In this document: in pieces, positions 1 to 12,850 of the stretch
How the letters are laid out: every line of letters starts with the position of its first letter
Numbering within the stretch: the first letter of the stretch is position 1
Assembly (NCBI RefSeq): GCF_036321535.1
Contig: NC_087437.1
Coordinates: forward strand, 54,004,001-54,068,000
DNA length: 64,000 nt
Direction: 5' to 3'
Source: Camelus dromedarius
Lineage: Eukaryota
Translations under genes and position numbers: made by a program
Notes under the pieces: generated by a model
The model's database searches: none
The model's input: only the letters and a program-made list of their open reading frames with translations
What the model was told of the DNA's origin: nothing

Positions 1-161
1 AAAAAAAAAAAACAGATCCTCTGATACCTCTGTGACAATACCAAAAGTTCTAATAATCATATTATCATAGTCCCAGAAGGAGAGAAGATGGAGTATGACA
101 CAGACAAAATTTTTGAAGAAATAACGTTGAAAAGTTTAAAGCATTGGCAAGAATATATCTG

Positions 162-211
<50 letters not shown>

Positions 212-505
212 GACAGACAGACAGACAGATCGATCAATTTAATGATACCCCAAAGCATACTGAATCCTAACATAAATTCAAATGATGCCCAGGTACATCA
301 TAATAAAGTTGCTGAAAACAACTGGAGAAGAAGCAATACACTACAAATAGGGGGCCAAAAATTTGGAAATTGGAGTTTCACATTCAAACAGGGAAAATCA
401 GTTCAAACAGTGATACAACATGTACAACAGATTGCCCATCAGAAACAATGGAGGACATAATGCAGTAGAATTACATTTTTAAATTCCAAAAGAAATTTAC
501 TGTGA
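1..505 (+). mobile_element. Ancient L1M ORF1-region remnant, interrupted by a GATA microsatellite and a 60-bp insert
   Basis: Contains 'gtcccagaaggagagaag', 'catcataataaagttgctgaaaac' and 'catcagaaacaatggagg', which resemble L1 ORF1 consensus; no intact frame. Confidence 0.75.
162..230. repeat. Compound (GATA)n(GACA)n tetranucleotide microsatellite
   Basis: Directly visible. Confidence 0.97.
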
Positions 506-509
506 AGCC

Positions 510-1050
510 ATCCTTTCACATTATACTATGAACATTTTCCTGTATCATTCAATACTCTTTAAGCAGTATGATTTGAAGTAACATAAAACTTTGTTTTTAA
601 TATTTTATGTAATCATTTTCCTATTGGTGAAAATTTGTCTTATTTCCAAACTTTTGCTCTTAAGTAGTACTGTGATAAACACTGTACATAAATTATTATA
701 CTTGCCTCTATATTCCCATTATAAATTATATAGTTGTTGGATCTAAGGATATAGTTAACTGTTAGGCACTTGATATGAATTGTCAAATTGCCCTAAAGAA
801 AGGATTTAATTAAATTATTGCTAGCACTGTATGAGAGTGTCTGAGTATTACTAATTTTTGAAATTCTCAATAGAAAAACTGAAAGGAGCATCCTATGGTT
901 TCATATTTAAACGGTTTCATTTTTAAATTATGTTAAATATTTTTCAAATGTTTTCCAGTCACTTGGACTTCTTTTCTTATGAATTGTTTATTCATAACAT
1001 TTGGCATTTGACTTTATTAATTGATTTTCTTACTGATTTTTATGAGCTCA
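510..1050 (-). mobile_element. Old L1ME-type 3'-region remnant
   Basis: AT-rich degenerate L1 3' motifs ('ttttcctattggtgaaaattt...ttccaaacttttgctct', 'gaattgtttattcataac'). Confidence 0.55.
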
Positions 1051-1267
1051 TATTCTGAATCAGTAGTGTGACCAAGAGCCAAGACAACCAACCCAACAAC
1101 TCCCTTCCACAGTGTGCATTGTTTTAACTGGGTCATTTTTTTCCCTCCCTACTTAACAACTCTTTCTCTGTAGGGTATATACTTCCAAAGATAACATCAG
1201 CCATTCCCAACCCTCAACTCCTCCTCTGCCCCACCAGTCTATGCCATATGCTTAAACATTGCTAAAA

Positions 1268-1268
1268 T

Positions 1269-1330
<62 letters not shown>
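1268..1330. repeat. Compound (TG)n(AG)n microsatellite
   Basis: Directly visible. Confidence 0.97.
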
Positions 1331-1336
<6 letters not shown>

Positions 1337-1647
1337 GCTCTCTCCACTTCCTAAATACATTACATAAATGGTTCTTACAAGACTTTACTATCAAAATACA
1401 ACAGCAATGGTGCATTATGTCTTTCCATTCTTTTTTAGGAGGAATCTGCCTCATGAGGATATAACCCAAGAGCCTGAGTATGCAGCTGAAAAAAATCATA
1501 GAATGATAATATTACCTCATTTTTTAGGGCTTTGTGTTTGCCTTTTTCTGTGCATTACAAAGATTTTGGGGTGCTGTCAGATTTTATACTGGGATTTCAG
1601 AAATTGGTTTATGTAGGTTTTTTTGAGAGGGGGGGATGGTACTTTGT

Positions 1648-1735
1648 TTCCTCCCTCCCTTCCTCCCTCCATCCCTTCCCTACCTTCTCTTCCTTCCCTT
1701 CCCTCCCTCTCACCCTCCTTCCTTCCTTCCTTCAC
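1648..1735. repeat. Polypyrimidine (CCTT/CCCT)n low-complexity tract
   Basis: Directly visible. Confidence 0.9.
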
Positions 1736-1739
1736 TTTT

Positions 1740-1890
1740 AGAGTTGGGTTTTGAAGCATGAATTGGAGTTTCACTTTAAAACAGGGAAAGTCAGTTCAAA
1801 CATTGATATCACATGAGCAAAAACACAGACCCATGATGCTTGGTGGACTTGGGGAAATATAAGCTGTTCATTGTGACTGGAGAGAAAAGC
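1740..1890 (-). mobile_element. L2 fragment
   Basis: 'gagttgggttttgaagcatgaattggagttt...acatgagcaaaaacacagac' resembles antisense L2 3' region. Confidence 0.55.
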
Positions 1891-2539
1891 ACAAAGTGGG
1901 CATATCTCTGAATAGGGCTGAATAGTAACTGTTCATTTCTGAATCCTAAATCTCTGTTTCTTCTTTTATCAAATTAGGCACACATCTTGGAAATTTTCCC
2001 CAGTGGAGTCCTTCTTCAGCCTTTAGTGTATGAGCCCTGCCCTATGAGGTGACCAGCGCACCTCCCCTCACACAGTGCCCAATGGTTACAAGTGCTGTCT
2101 CCAGCAGATCTATTACATGCTCGCCCATATTGGCCCATCTTTGAGCCACATCAACTTCTCCCTTGTTTCTCCAACTTTCTGCTTGCTTCAGTCTTTCCAG
2201 TTTGTCATCTACTTCTGATCTATCTCATGTCTCCCACTTTATTCTTCAATCACCTACCCCATCACATTTTGTAGTGCCTACGTAACATCCCACTATATAA
2301 ATGTTTCATGATACATTGACTGTTCCCTATGAATGGACTTCTGGAAACAAGGGTATCATCCCCTTTGGCCTGTCCTCCACACTAGCTTATGAGTGATTCT
2401 CCAACAGGCAATGCTATTGAGTACAATCATCACCCTAGATTCTAAGCACTCAAATTAGGGAAAGATTACAACATAGCTTCTCAACCACTTTCCAATCCCC
2501 CAGGACATCTGCTTCCCGAATCATTTCAGTCTTCTAGCC

Positions 2540-2960
2540 TCCATTTCTATTGACATCGCCAGATCTGTCATTGAAGTGGTCTGCTACCTCCATCAGTTTC
2601 CAGCTCTCTGGCCTACAGAGTTTTCTTTCTAAAACCCAGTTCTCATGATGCCATCCCTTGGTCCCTGCACTTCACAGAGCTCCACTTAACACTAGAACAC
2701 AGAGTAAACACAGAGAGAGGCATTCTGAGACCCTCTGCTACCTGGCTGCAGTCTAACTTTCTGGCCATATTTTCTATTACATGTACTAAAAACTTCTCAG
2801 TCCACTTACCACTTGCCATTCCTCTTATCCTCCAGGCGCATTTATGTCTCAATGCCTTTGCTCAAGCTGTTCTGCCTATTGGAAGACCTTACTTGAACCT
2901 TAAAAATGATTTTACCTGTCAAAATCTTTTTTATGAGCCAAAGCCTAGTTCAAATAATAT
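2540..2960 (+). mobile_element. L2 fragment
   Basis: 'tttctttctaaaacccagttctcatgatgcc', 'gcctttgctcaagctgttctgcctattggaa' are L2 3'-region motifs. Confidence 0.6.
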
Positions 2961-3749
2961 TTTCATGAAAACTCCCCAGAATTTATTCCTTCTCTCCATT
3001 AGAATTTACAAATATGCATGCATTTCTTTGGTATCAGATTTTCAAAATATATCAAGTTATAACATATACCAGCTTTTTGTGAATCTACTTGAATCCCACC
3101 CTAACTGACTAACCTTGAGAACTCATTCCAGAAAATCTGCTTTATAGGAGTAAAGCTATCTTGACATGGATACTGTTCTATTCCATTGGTTAAAAAAACT
3201 CATTCATAAAATGTTGGGGACACAGAGATGAATGAGACAGTCTCACTCTGTCTCATTCTAATTACAAGATTGGGAAGCCAGACAGGCACACACAGAGTCT
3301 TGGAATTATGATAAATGTCTCAAACATGCTCAGAGAACTAAGAAAGCATACAGAGACGTAGGCCTGACTACCTGGAGGTGAGTGGGAGACCTGGTCAGGG
3401 AAGGCTCGCCAGGATGGACAGTGCCTGGGCTCATGCTGCAGGATGCGGGGCAGGGAAACAAGGGCACTGGAGGCAGAGGAAACCAGATATGTCTCTTAGA
3501 GCCCTCATCTTTGGTTACAAGCACAAATAGCAGAGAAAGGGTGACTTTTACCACAAAGAACAAAATTTTCAAAGGCAGGAGTAAACTGGGTCTCAGAAAT
3601 AAACCAGAACCAAGGCCCTGAACACCACAGGAACCTTTTCACATCGACTTCACCTTCTGTCTCACTTTCTCTTACTGTGTCTGCTTCCCAGATCACACAG
3701 TAAAACATGGTCACCTGGAGCTGCCAGGCTCACGTTTCTGGTCTAGGGT

Positions 3750-3870
3750 TTGGTTAGTTACCTACTGCGACACCACAGATTACCTCAACACTTAGTGGTG
3801 TAAAACAACAAGCATTTATTATGTCACAGATTCTGTGTCAGGAATCCTGGCAGGCTTAGCTGAGCCAGAG
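3750..3870 (-). mobile_element. MLT1 (ERVL-MaLR) LTR fragment
   Basis: 'acttagtggtgtaaaacaacaagcatttattatgtcacagattctgtgtcaggaat' is a typical antisense MLT1 terminus. Confidence 0.7.
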
Positions 3871-3984
3871 ACACATTTTAAAATATACCTCCTGAAAATT
3901 CAATCCCATGAACTGAGGGGGAAGTTTTCAGGGAAAAGGGAGCTGAACCACTCATTCTAATTGGATGGGTGTTCTCACTGGCCC

Positions 3985-3985
<1 letters not shown>

Positions 3986-4025
<40 letters not shown>

Positions 4026-4040
4026 CACACACACGCACAC
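3986..4040. repeat. (CA)n microsatellite
   Basis: Directly visible. Confidence 0.97.
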
Positions 4041-5344
4041 CCTGACCTCCCTGCCTTGTATCTGTTGAATGTATTAGGATTCTGAAAACACTTTTGTTTG
4101 AATGAAGCTTTGAAAACTTATGCTTGATGAGATTGAGGCCAAGAAAGAGGTAAGACTTATCCAGGATCACAGGGCATGTTAGAGCAGAAGGTAGGGGTCG
4201 GCACAACATCAGCATGCCATGCTGGGCCTAAAGATGGTGCCAGGGCCTTAGGAGTGGTTTTCAAGGAGGAGAACAGTTGAAGCCTCATCTGTGATTGGGA
4301 TTTACAGGGAAGAATGGAGAGAGAAAAGTGCTGAAAGAATGAGTACATGGCTTTCCTGGAGGGAAATAATGGGCCAGTGCTACCAAGACTGGGAACTGGG
4401 TCAAGAGAAAGGTCTGTTTGAAATGAGTGCTACCCGCAGTATTTGTTGGTTGAAGGGCCAGAGTGGGAGGAGATTCACATTTGAAGTAGCAGCGATCAAG
4501 AGCGAGGAGACAGGGCTAAGTGCACCACCATGAGATTTGGAAAGGTGAGGCCAGGACCATATGGGAAGGGACACAGGGCGCTTCTTCATCAAAAGGGAAA
4601 GAAAAGAAGAAAGGAATGGGGAAGAGCTTGAAGAGGTGTTCCTGGGGAGGCACAGGAAGGTGAACAGCCTCAGAGCAGAGAGGCCCACTCTGCATAGGTC
4701 GAGAGATAAGCAGTATCCTGGGGAGACTGAGGGGGACTGGGCTGACTCTGAGACTTGGAAGTGTGGAGGAGAATTTGCACAGCTACTGTGGGGAAGCAAC
4801 CAAGTATAAAGGAACAGGAAACAAGACTGGTGATGAGCGGTGAGGTCTCAGCTAAGGCTGGACAATAGGACTTTGCAGCAGGCCTACTTATGTCCAGTTC
4901 CCAGAACTCTGACTGCCTGGAAACCAGCATCCCAGCCCAGGCTTTTAGGTCTTGGGGTACCTAGAACTTTACTGCTGCTTTTGCTTAGAACTGAGGAGCT
5001 GAGAAATTAGTTAACGGTGGCCAAATGGAGAGTATTATAAAGATAGGCATCAGCTATTCTTCCTCTCACTAAAGACAAAAAATAAGGTCTAGAGAATATG
5101 CAGAGACCGAGAAGAAAGGGAATCGAGAAGAGCAGAAGAAAATGTTTCCCAGCTAGACTCAGGAAAACAAATTCCTTCCCTATGATAACTTTGTTCTATG
5201 GTACAATAATTAGGTTACAGAATGACATATTTAATTCTTCAAGTGGTTATTTCTGTTATGTGCTTAAGACTAAATGAGCTTAAACCTCAGCTTGAGCTAT
5301 TTAAGCAAATGTCAAGGAACACATTTGTGGGGCTGTTAAAAAGC

Positions 5345-5580
5345 TGGATGGCGTAATGGTTATTATCACAGCCTCTGGAGCCGTGCTGTCTGGGTTTGAA
5401 TCTTGCCTGAGCTGCTTAGTTATTGCATGACCCTGGGTGAGTTACTGCCCTTTCGTGTTTCATGTTTTCTCCATCTCTAAAATAGCGATGGCAACAGTAC
5501 CTATCTTGTGCGGTTGTGGTAAAAAGCCCTTGGCCCAAAGCCTGAGAAACAGCATTCAGTAAATATTAATACGCTGATAT
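5345..5580 (+). mobile_element. MIR SINE
   Basis: 'ctgggtttgaatctt...tgaccctgggtgagttact...ccatctctaaaatag...agtacctatct' MIR head and core. Confidence 0.8.
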
Positions 5581-5867
5581 CATTTAAAAAAATCAGACTG
5601 CTTAGTGATCTTCACAGAAACACTGACTCTCTTGAGACCACTGGGTCTTATGGTTTTCAAACTGTGCTAGTCAAAGCCCAAGAGGGAAAGCGAGCTGCTT
5701 CTGGGGCTCCTTTGCGGGGGAAAAGTGGGGCAGAGCTGCTGGGGCCCTAATCCCTCCCCCTGCTTCCCTAAGAACAGCTCTGCTTCCATCAGTTTCACAT
5801 AGTTGGTAGGCTTCTGCTTATATCTGAAAAGAAGCTTTCAATATCAAGAAAAAGGAAAACTGAACTA

Positions 5868-5990
5868 ACTTTACAAATAAAGAAACTGAGTACAGAAGAG
5901 GAGACCACTTACCCAAGGTCAAATGATGAGTTTTCAGTAAGGGGAGATCTAGCACCCAGGCCCCCTGCCTCCAGTCCAGGGTGCCTCTGC
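5868..5990 (-). mobile_element. MIR SINE fragment
   Basis: 'tttacaaataaagaaactgag...cttacccaaggtca' antisense MIR core. Confidence 0.75.
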
Positions 5991-7168
5991 TGCCGCTCTC
6001 TATCTGCACTTCAGGCCCTACGGCAGAAAGGCCCAAGATTTTCCCCTCCCACAAGGCCTAGCCCAGTCACATTTGCTCTGAAGAACCTTTCTTAATTCCC
6101 CAGGCAGCTGGCTTTCCCCTCCTAGAGTTTCTCACAGTCCCTCTCCCCACATCATGTGTTAAATGTCCACTTTCCATGATGGATAAAATATCCTGCTTTC
6201 AAATGGAATCATATTTTATCTATGTTGGACTCCCCAGGGCCAGCGACTGGCACATAGTAGGTTCCGGGCAGATAATGGATGAGAATGCACGTTTTAAATC
6301 AGAGAGCTGATGTACAAATGTGATGAATAATTAATGCTGCTGTTATTATTATGGAGAAGGAGTGCCAGATGTAACAGTTCTTGTCCCAAATGAGCTAATT
6401 ACAGAGTTGGCTAAAAAACTTGTGCAAAATTTCTTTCTTTTTGAGAATAAAATGTAAGTCCAAAGTGCCACCTAGGGTTTAGTTTTTATCTGTAACATAA
6501 AATGTCTTTGGGATTAGAGGGGGTGTCGTAGGGAGGATGGGAGGGACTGGTTAAGGGCAACCACTGTCCGCAAGAAGGTTTCAAGAAGACCCACTGACTC
6601 TGCTCACATAGCCAGAGACAGGCTTCTTCTATACAAGACCCATCTGTGAGCCCCAAGAACCTTCTTCCTGTAAGCACATTCCACAGCTCACCGATTAGGG
6701 GAGACCTTTTAATGAAGGCATTAGTAAAAGGCTCCAGTGCCAGAGAGGGCCTGCTAGTTAGGATGGTGTCAGTCAGGAGAACCCCCACACAGACAGCTCC
6801 GGGTGCTCTCTCCACGGCAGGGGTGCAGGGAGCTGCCAGTTGTCACTGCCCCCCATGCCCTCTCCTCCTTATTGGGGGCTTGTTTGTTAAAATCCACTTC
6901 CTACACAGTCAGCCCCCCTGAGAATGTGTGTGCCAGCCGGCCCCAGCCAGGACCTGGGGAGGTGGCACCGTTCATCCATCTGGGACACCTTCATCCTTGC
7001 AGAAGCGTTGCAGTTGTGCACATATCCCTGGAAGATGGAAGAGTTGGCAGGACTTGGCCTTCCCAGCCTCAGTCCCTCCACTGAGCAATGAAGTGTGTGC
7101 ATTCCTCCCTTCACCCTGACTCTCTGTCCTTCATTTTACAGCCTTCTAAATTCATCAACTATCCCATC

Positions 7169-7599
7169 TATACCAGTCAGTGTTTTCCAGAGAATATATA
7201 CCTATGTATATGCATATGGAAAACACTGATTATATATATAATATGTAGTTATATATATTTAATTTATTTCAAGGAATTAGCTAATGCAATTGTGGAGGCT
7301 TACAAATCCAAAATTTGTACAGTAGGCCAGTAGGCTGGAAACTCAGACAAGAATTGATGTTGCAGTCTTGAGACAGAATTTCTTCTCCAGGAAACTTTTG
7401 TCTTTTTCTTCTAAAGCCTTTCAACTGATTGGATGAAGCCCACCACACTATTAAGAGTAATCTCCTTTTTTTAAAGTCAGCTGATTGCAGATGCTAACCC
7501 CATCTACAAATTACCTTCACAGCAACACTTAGATTAGTGTTTGATTAATAACTGAGTATTACAGCCTAGCTGAGTTGGCACACAAAACTAACCATGGCA
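7169..7599 (-). mobile_element. MLT2 (ERVL) solo LTR
   Basis: MLT2 motifs ('aaggaattagctaatgcaattgtggaggct', 'caactgattggatgaagcccac', 'aaaactaaccatggca'); flanks ccatc/ccatt resemble a 5-bp TSD. Confidence 0.88.
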
Positions 7600-8718
7600 C
7601 CATTTTTATGATATTTAAACCTCTCAATATTTCAGCTAAGCAGAAAAGTTAGTGTTATCTCCATTCTACAGATTCAAAAACTGAGGCTTCTTTAAGTTGT
7701 GTCCTATTCACTTTCACACAGCTAAGAAACATTACTGCTGGATACTAAAGTTAAACCACAGTTTTCTGGAATCAGTCTTCAGTTCTTAACATGAGACGAT
7801 ACTGCCTTTCTCATGCAACATTCATTCATTCAAATAATTATGCATTCGGTTCCCACTACATGCCAGGCACTAACTTGAACAGGAAGGACATGGGGTCCTG
7901 ACATGACAAAGCTGACCCTCTGCTATGGGAGATGGACACGTGACACCTAAAGACACACACACACACACACACACGGGCACAGGAGATGTCCACCGGGTTT
8001 TAAAGGCTTCTCTGAAATGACTGACCACCTCTGGAAGAAGCAGGGACTGTCAACTATAACAGAGAAGCTTGAGATTGAGAAGGCAGTTCAGAGCTCAGCA
8101 GCTTTTTCAAAGACAGAGACAAGCTAAATAAACTCAGTGTCAGTTTATTTCAAAGAGTCTGAGACCCATGTCTGTGGTGCAGAGGGAATGAGTCAGGAGC
8201 CAGGAAGGAGTGTCTTGGGTTTTGCCTTTGGTGTGAGAGAGGCAGGTGGGAACCAACACAGGGCAGAAGCAAACTGGAAGCTCTGGACAGGCTGGCCAAG
8301 CAGGCTGCACGGTGTGCTCCTGGCCTCCTCGTGCTAAATCACATGAGGAAGAATGAATCATAGTTACCTCTCTGGCTGATGAAGACATTTTATCTAGGTC
8401 ATTTTATGTGGTTTTCTGCAAATGCAGAATGTGTATCTTTATCTAGGCATCCCTTCCCTCCTGCCATCACCAAATCAGAAGTGGACCCTCCCAAAACAAT
8501 AACTTGTATAGGACTCACCCACCTAAATATCCCACCTAATACCTGAAAAAAAAATGCAATACAAACACTATGAAATTCCCATTTCACAGAGGAGACTGAG
8601 ATCCAGAGAGGTTAAGTGACTTGGCCTAGGTCTCTAGGCCAGTATTTGATGAGGGTATTAGACCTCCCATTATTTCACCTGGTTCTTACTGCTCAGTCAC
8701 CAAGACTAAAAAATCAGC

Positions 8719-9192
8719 AGTATTTTAGCTCACTGGGGCTGCCATAACAAAGTGCCACATCCCAGATGGCTTAAACAACAGAAATTTATTGTCTCAGTTC
8801 TGGAGACTCGAAGTCCAAGGTCAAGTGTTGACAAGTTGGCTCCTCCTGAGGGCTGTGAGGATGAGTCTGCTCCGGGCCTTTCCCCTGGCTTCCGGTGGTT
8901 TGCTGGTATTCTTTCGTATTCTTTGGCCTGTAGGCACATCACTGTGATCTTGACTTCATGCTTACATGAAATTCTTCCTGTGTGCATTTCTGTGTCCAAA
9001 TTTCCCCTTTTCATAAGGACACTAGGTAGGCACACTGGATTAGGGGCTCACCCCACTCCAGTAGGACCACATCTTAACTAACAACATCTGCAACAACCCT
9101 GTATCTAAATAACGTAGTGCTCTGAGCTACTGGGGGGTTGGGACCTCAACATATGAACTTGGGAGGGACATGGCACAATTAAACCCATAACA
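8719..9192 (-). mobile_element. MLT1C-like (ERVL-MaLR) solo LTR
   Basis: 'gctgccataacaaagtgccaca...ggcttaaacaacagaaatttattgtctcagttctggag...aaacccataaca'. Confidence 0.9.
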
Positions 9193-10019
9193 GTTAGTGT
9201 CCCTTAATCCAGCATCTTACCACCCTGTGAAGTGGGCAAAGCTGAGATTATTATTCCCATATAATGGATGAGGGTTAAAATCTTTAAGGTAAGGTGAACT
9301 GCCCAAGACCACTGAGTGACAAGTCCATCCTTGCCCTTATTCTGCCCCACCACTCAGCTTTAAAAGCCAGGACTTCAAGCTACAATAGGGCACATGGAAG
9401 CCCACTGATGTCCTGGATGTAGGGTTCAATGAGGATACAGCAATAGCCTATATGCTCCTTGAGAAACTGCTGGCTGAGAGAAAATGACTGATTTAATGAA
9501 ATTCTTAGACTGTGAAGCACACTTGGAAGGGATTATAACCTGAAAAGGAAAGAAAAACAGTGCCGGGTCTGTGTGCTGTCTCCAAATACTGTACCAAGGA
9601 AATGGAACCAGATAGAGGGCGTAGGAGGTTAACGAGATAATGGAAAGGTTAGCATACTCCTCGGGCATATTAACATTCCTTTGTCGCCATAACTTTATGG
9701 AATTATCGGCAAAATTTTTGTAATCCAAGATAGGATCAAGATATTGCAATAAGATTATCTCAGATCAGAAAGCCTTCCTAAATTACCTAGATTCTTCTGA
9801 AGGGAACAAGGAATCTTCTTCCTCATCATAAACACACAAATTATGGCATGCCTGGTAGAGAACGAATTTGAGTCATAACTTCAGGCTAGGCCTTTCAGAT
9901 GAGTTATGGAGTGTAAGGCAGTGCTCAGCCCTCCTCAGAGCAGTAGAGAAAGCCTACAGTCGGTTGCAGGTGAACACATGGATCCCATCCTGCCCTGCTC
10001 CATCACTTTCTGATTGGCT

Positions 10020-10225
10020 GGGAGGCAATGTGGACAGTGGCACTTGCTGGGCCTTTAGGTCAGATAGACCTGGTTTTGTGTGGTGTGTGTCACTCACTAG
10101 CTATGTCACCACGGGCAGAAATTAAAGCTCTCTGAACCTTGATTTCTTCATCTATAAAATGGGTATAAAAGTCATTAGGATTAAGCAAGATAATGCATAT
10201 TAAATGCCTGCCACATAAGTACTCT
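10020..10225 (+). mobile_element. MIR SINE
   Basis: 'ctctctgaaccttgatttcttcatctataaaatggg' MIR core. Confidence 0.8.
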
Positions 10226-11391
10226 TAATGTGAGTTGATTTGTTTTTCCTCCTCTTTCTCTCTGACTCCTCCCTGTCTACCTTCACATAGCTTTTGTGAT
10301 GGTAACTGAGGAAAACAGAAATGATCTCTCAGGGGCAGCCTAAAGGAGAAGCATTGAAAAAAAATAAATAAATAAAATAAAACCCTCTTCCTGAAGCTTT
10401 GTTGTTGTTGTTGACTTGCCTGAGAGTTTTGTAGCTGTTGCGTAATTTCAATAGATCTGAGGCTGAACCAGGCACCTGGTTGGCTAGCACAAATATCAGT
10501 TGGCACATGCTAAAAATGGCATTTCCGGAAAGAGTTTCTAGCAAGTGTGTCCTGGTAAACTAATAAAATGTGCTTACGGTACCACATGGACCATCATCCC
10601 CACATTGACATACATTGTTCAGGCTACAGAGGCTCTGATCCCCGTTTCAGCCCTATGTGTTGGGGAGGACACAGGTGGTTATCACCTGCCTAGACTGTCA
10701 TGAATACACTGAGTCACAATAGCTAATTGGTATGGGAGCCAGGATTTAAAACTAAGCTCCTGGCCTCCCAGTCCACCACAGCACACTGCCCTGTGGCCTG
10801 GAATTGTCAGTGCAAGCTCAATCCCAGAACTCTGTGCAAGAGGCAGAGCTAATCCCCAAGCCGAGGTAGTGCTATGATATGTGTGCTGGGGCACTAGGCT
10901 CAGCGCCTTACTCTTCCTACCCTACTGACCATCACCCACCTCCCTAGAGTCAGAGCCTCCTCCCCAGGAAGAGGGGAACTTAACATGGATTCTCACCTAG
11001 ACAGCAGCCAGTTTTAACTTTCACTCCTCTTTACCAAAAAGACAGATTTTTACCAATGTATTGAAAAAGCTATTTTCTTAATAATACTGAATGCACAAAA
11101 GAAAGTTTGGTCACACATTCACAGAGGCCTATCACGTGTCAGGTCAATTCTGGGGGAACATAATGTTAATCAGACGCAGACACTGCTTCCAAGGAGCTCA
11201 CAGTCTAGCAGGGAAGATAAGATATTCACGGGGATGGGAGGAAGGGGAAGAGTCCTAAATGGCTGCAGCTGGTAGCCTCAGAATCCCCTTTCAAAACCCA
11301 GGGGGCACTGGCATGGCCTGGCCCATTTTTGATCTTTCTCCGCTGGAATGTCCCTTTCGTAGATCAAGGTGTCCTACCCAGGTGTCTGGAG

Positions 11392-11587
11392 CTGCACTGT
11401 GTAATAGAATCTTCAGCGATGTTAGAAATGTTCTGTATCTATGCTGTCCACGACAGTAGCCCCTAGCCACATTTGGCCACTGAGCACTTGGAATGTGGCT
11501 AGGGCAACCAAGGAAACAAAATTTTAATTTTATTTCATTTGAATTAATTTTGACTGTAGCTAGTGGCTACCATATTGGACAGCACAG
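11392..11587 (+). mobile_element. MER3 hAT-Charlie MITE
   Basis: Termini 'ctgcactgtgtaatag' and 'atattggacagcacag'; internal 'tagccacatttggccactgagcacttggaatgtggctag'. Confidence 0.9.
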
Positions 11588-12658
11588 AAGTGCAGGCAAG
11601 AAAGTGGACAGCTTTTCATGACCATGTCATTTTTAGGGGGCTGCTGGAGGTAGTTATGGGGAAGAACTCTCCCACTGCCCCACCACCCCTCTAGGACATC
11701 TGTCATCACCTGGTTGTCCTGGAGTGTACATCGGGAGGCTGAGACGTGCCAGGCTGGGTCCACTGAAGTGTCACTGAGCCCAGGTGGTCAGCCAGACTCT
11801 CACCACACCTATGTATGACTGCCACCCCCAGTGCTCCCTTCTCCTTTGAGTGATAAAATTAATAGACTCTGGCAAGGTGCAGATTTGGAAAGGTGCAACC
11901 CTCTGTGAAAGAGAAGCAATGAATTGTTCAAAAAGCCCCAGGTCTAGCCAGCAAGGTCATGTGGTCGCCTGAAGGGAGCGTGAAGAAATCTGTGATCCAG
12001 CCCCTGCCTGCTGTGGGCTCACTCTGTGACCCCGAGTAGCTTTTCCCTCTTGCTGGGCCTCGGTTTCTTCTTCTGTAAACGGGGGGATGGATTTCCTGAT
12101 TTGTCAGCTGGCTCAAAGCTTCTGAGAAAATCTTATTCCCAGAGACAGCAATTTAGCAGTGAAGGAGAGCCTGGGGATGTATTTTCCAATGTGAAGCACA
12201 AGGCAAAACTAATTTAGCAGAAAATAAAAAATGGGAATAGTTGGAAGTACATGGTGTTATTGGCAATAAGCAACTGCTCCCCATGAACTTAGCAACGGTA
12301 GGAAGAAAAAAGGCTGAGAAGATTAGGGGGAGGAGAGGAAAACTGATGAGGAACCACCGACAAGAATAGAAAGTGGAAAACAAGGAAGGCAGGGGCCACG
12401 AGGAGGCAGACAAATAACAAGAGAATCACCAGCCTCACAGTCAGTGAAGGGTGAAGACGGTAGCAAGCAGACCTTCTCTGTGAACTGGAGAGAATGACTG
12501 ATTTGAGGAAGGGGGCAAGGTGGGCGTGGACAGCACATTTTCTGCCCTTGATTTAGAAAATCCTGACTTCTTCACTCAGTGTCTGAAAGCACAAGGGAGA
12601 AAAATGCCTGTGGGAACAACTTCATTCCTTCAGTCAGTAAATATTTATCACTCTACAA

Positions 12659-12850
12659 CAGTGGCTCTCAATCCTAGCTGAATATCACAATCTCCTGGGG
12701 AGGCTAAAAAAAACACTAAAATAAAAGGTCAATGTCCAGACCCATTGCCAGAGACCCTCCTCTAATTGGTCTGGGCGGTGCTCAGTGATGGTGGGAGGTT
12801 GAAGCTCCCCAGGTGATCCTACTTTCTGACCTCAGCTGAGAACCTCTTGT
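12659..12850. mobile_element. MER5-family hAT-Charlie MITE
   Basis: Terminal inverted repeats 'cagtggctctcaa' and 'tgagaacctcttg'; internal 'agctccccaggtgatcct'. Confidence 0.8.

Noticed and set aside
1239..1499. ORFs with LSLSLS/HTHTHT or CVCVCV runs (also 3985-4215, 24645-24962, 38352-38570, 48669-48960)
   Set aside because: Translations of dinucleotide microsatellites
6464..6482. CTCF-like motif (similar partial matches near 49870, 53680 and 61070)
   Set aside because: Each mismatches several informative core positions, unlike the site at 27858-27871
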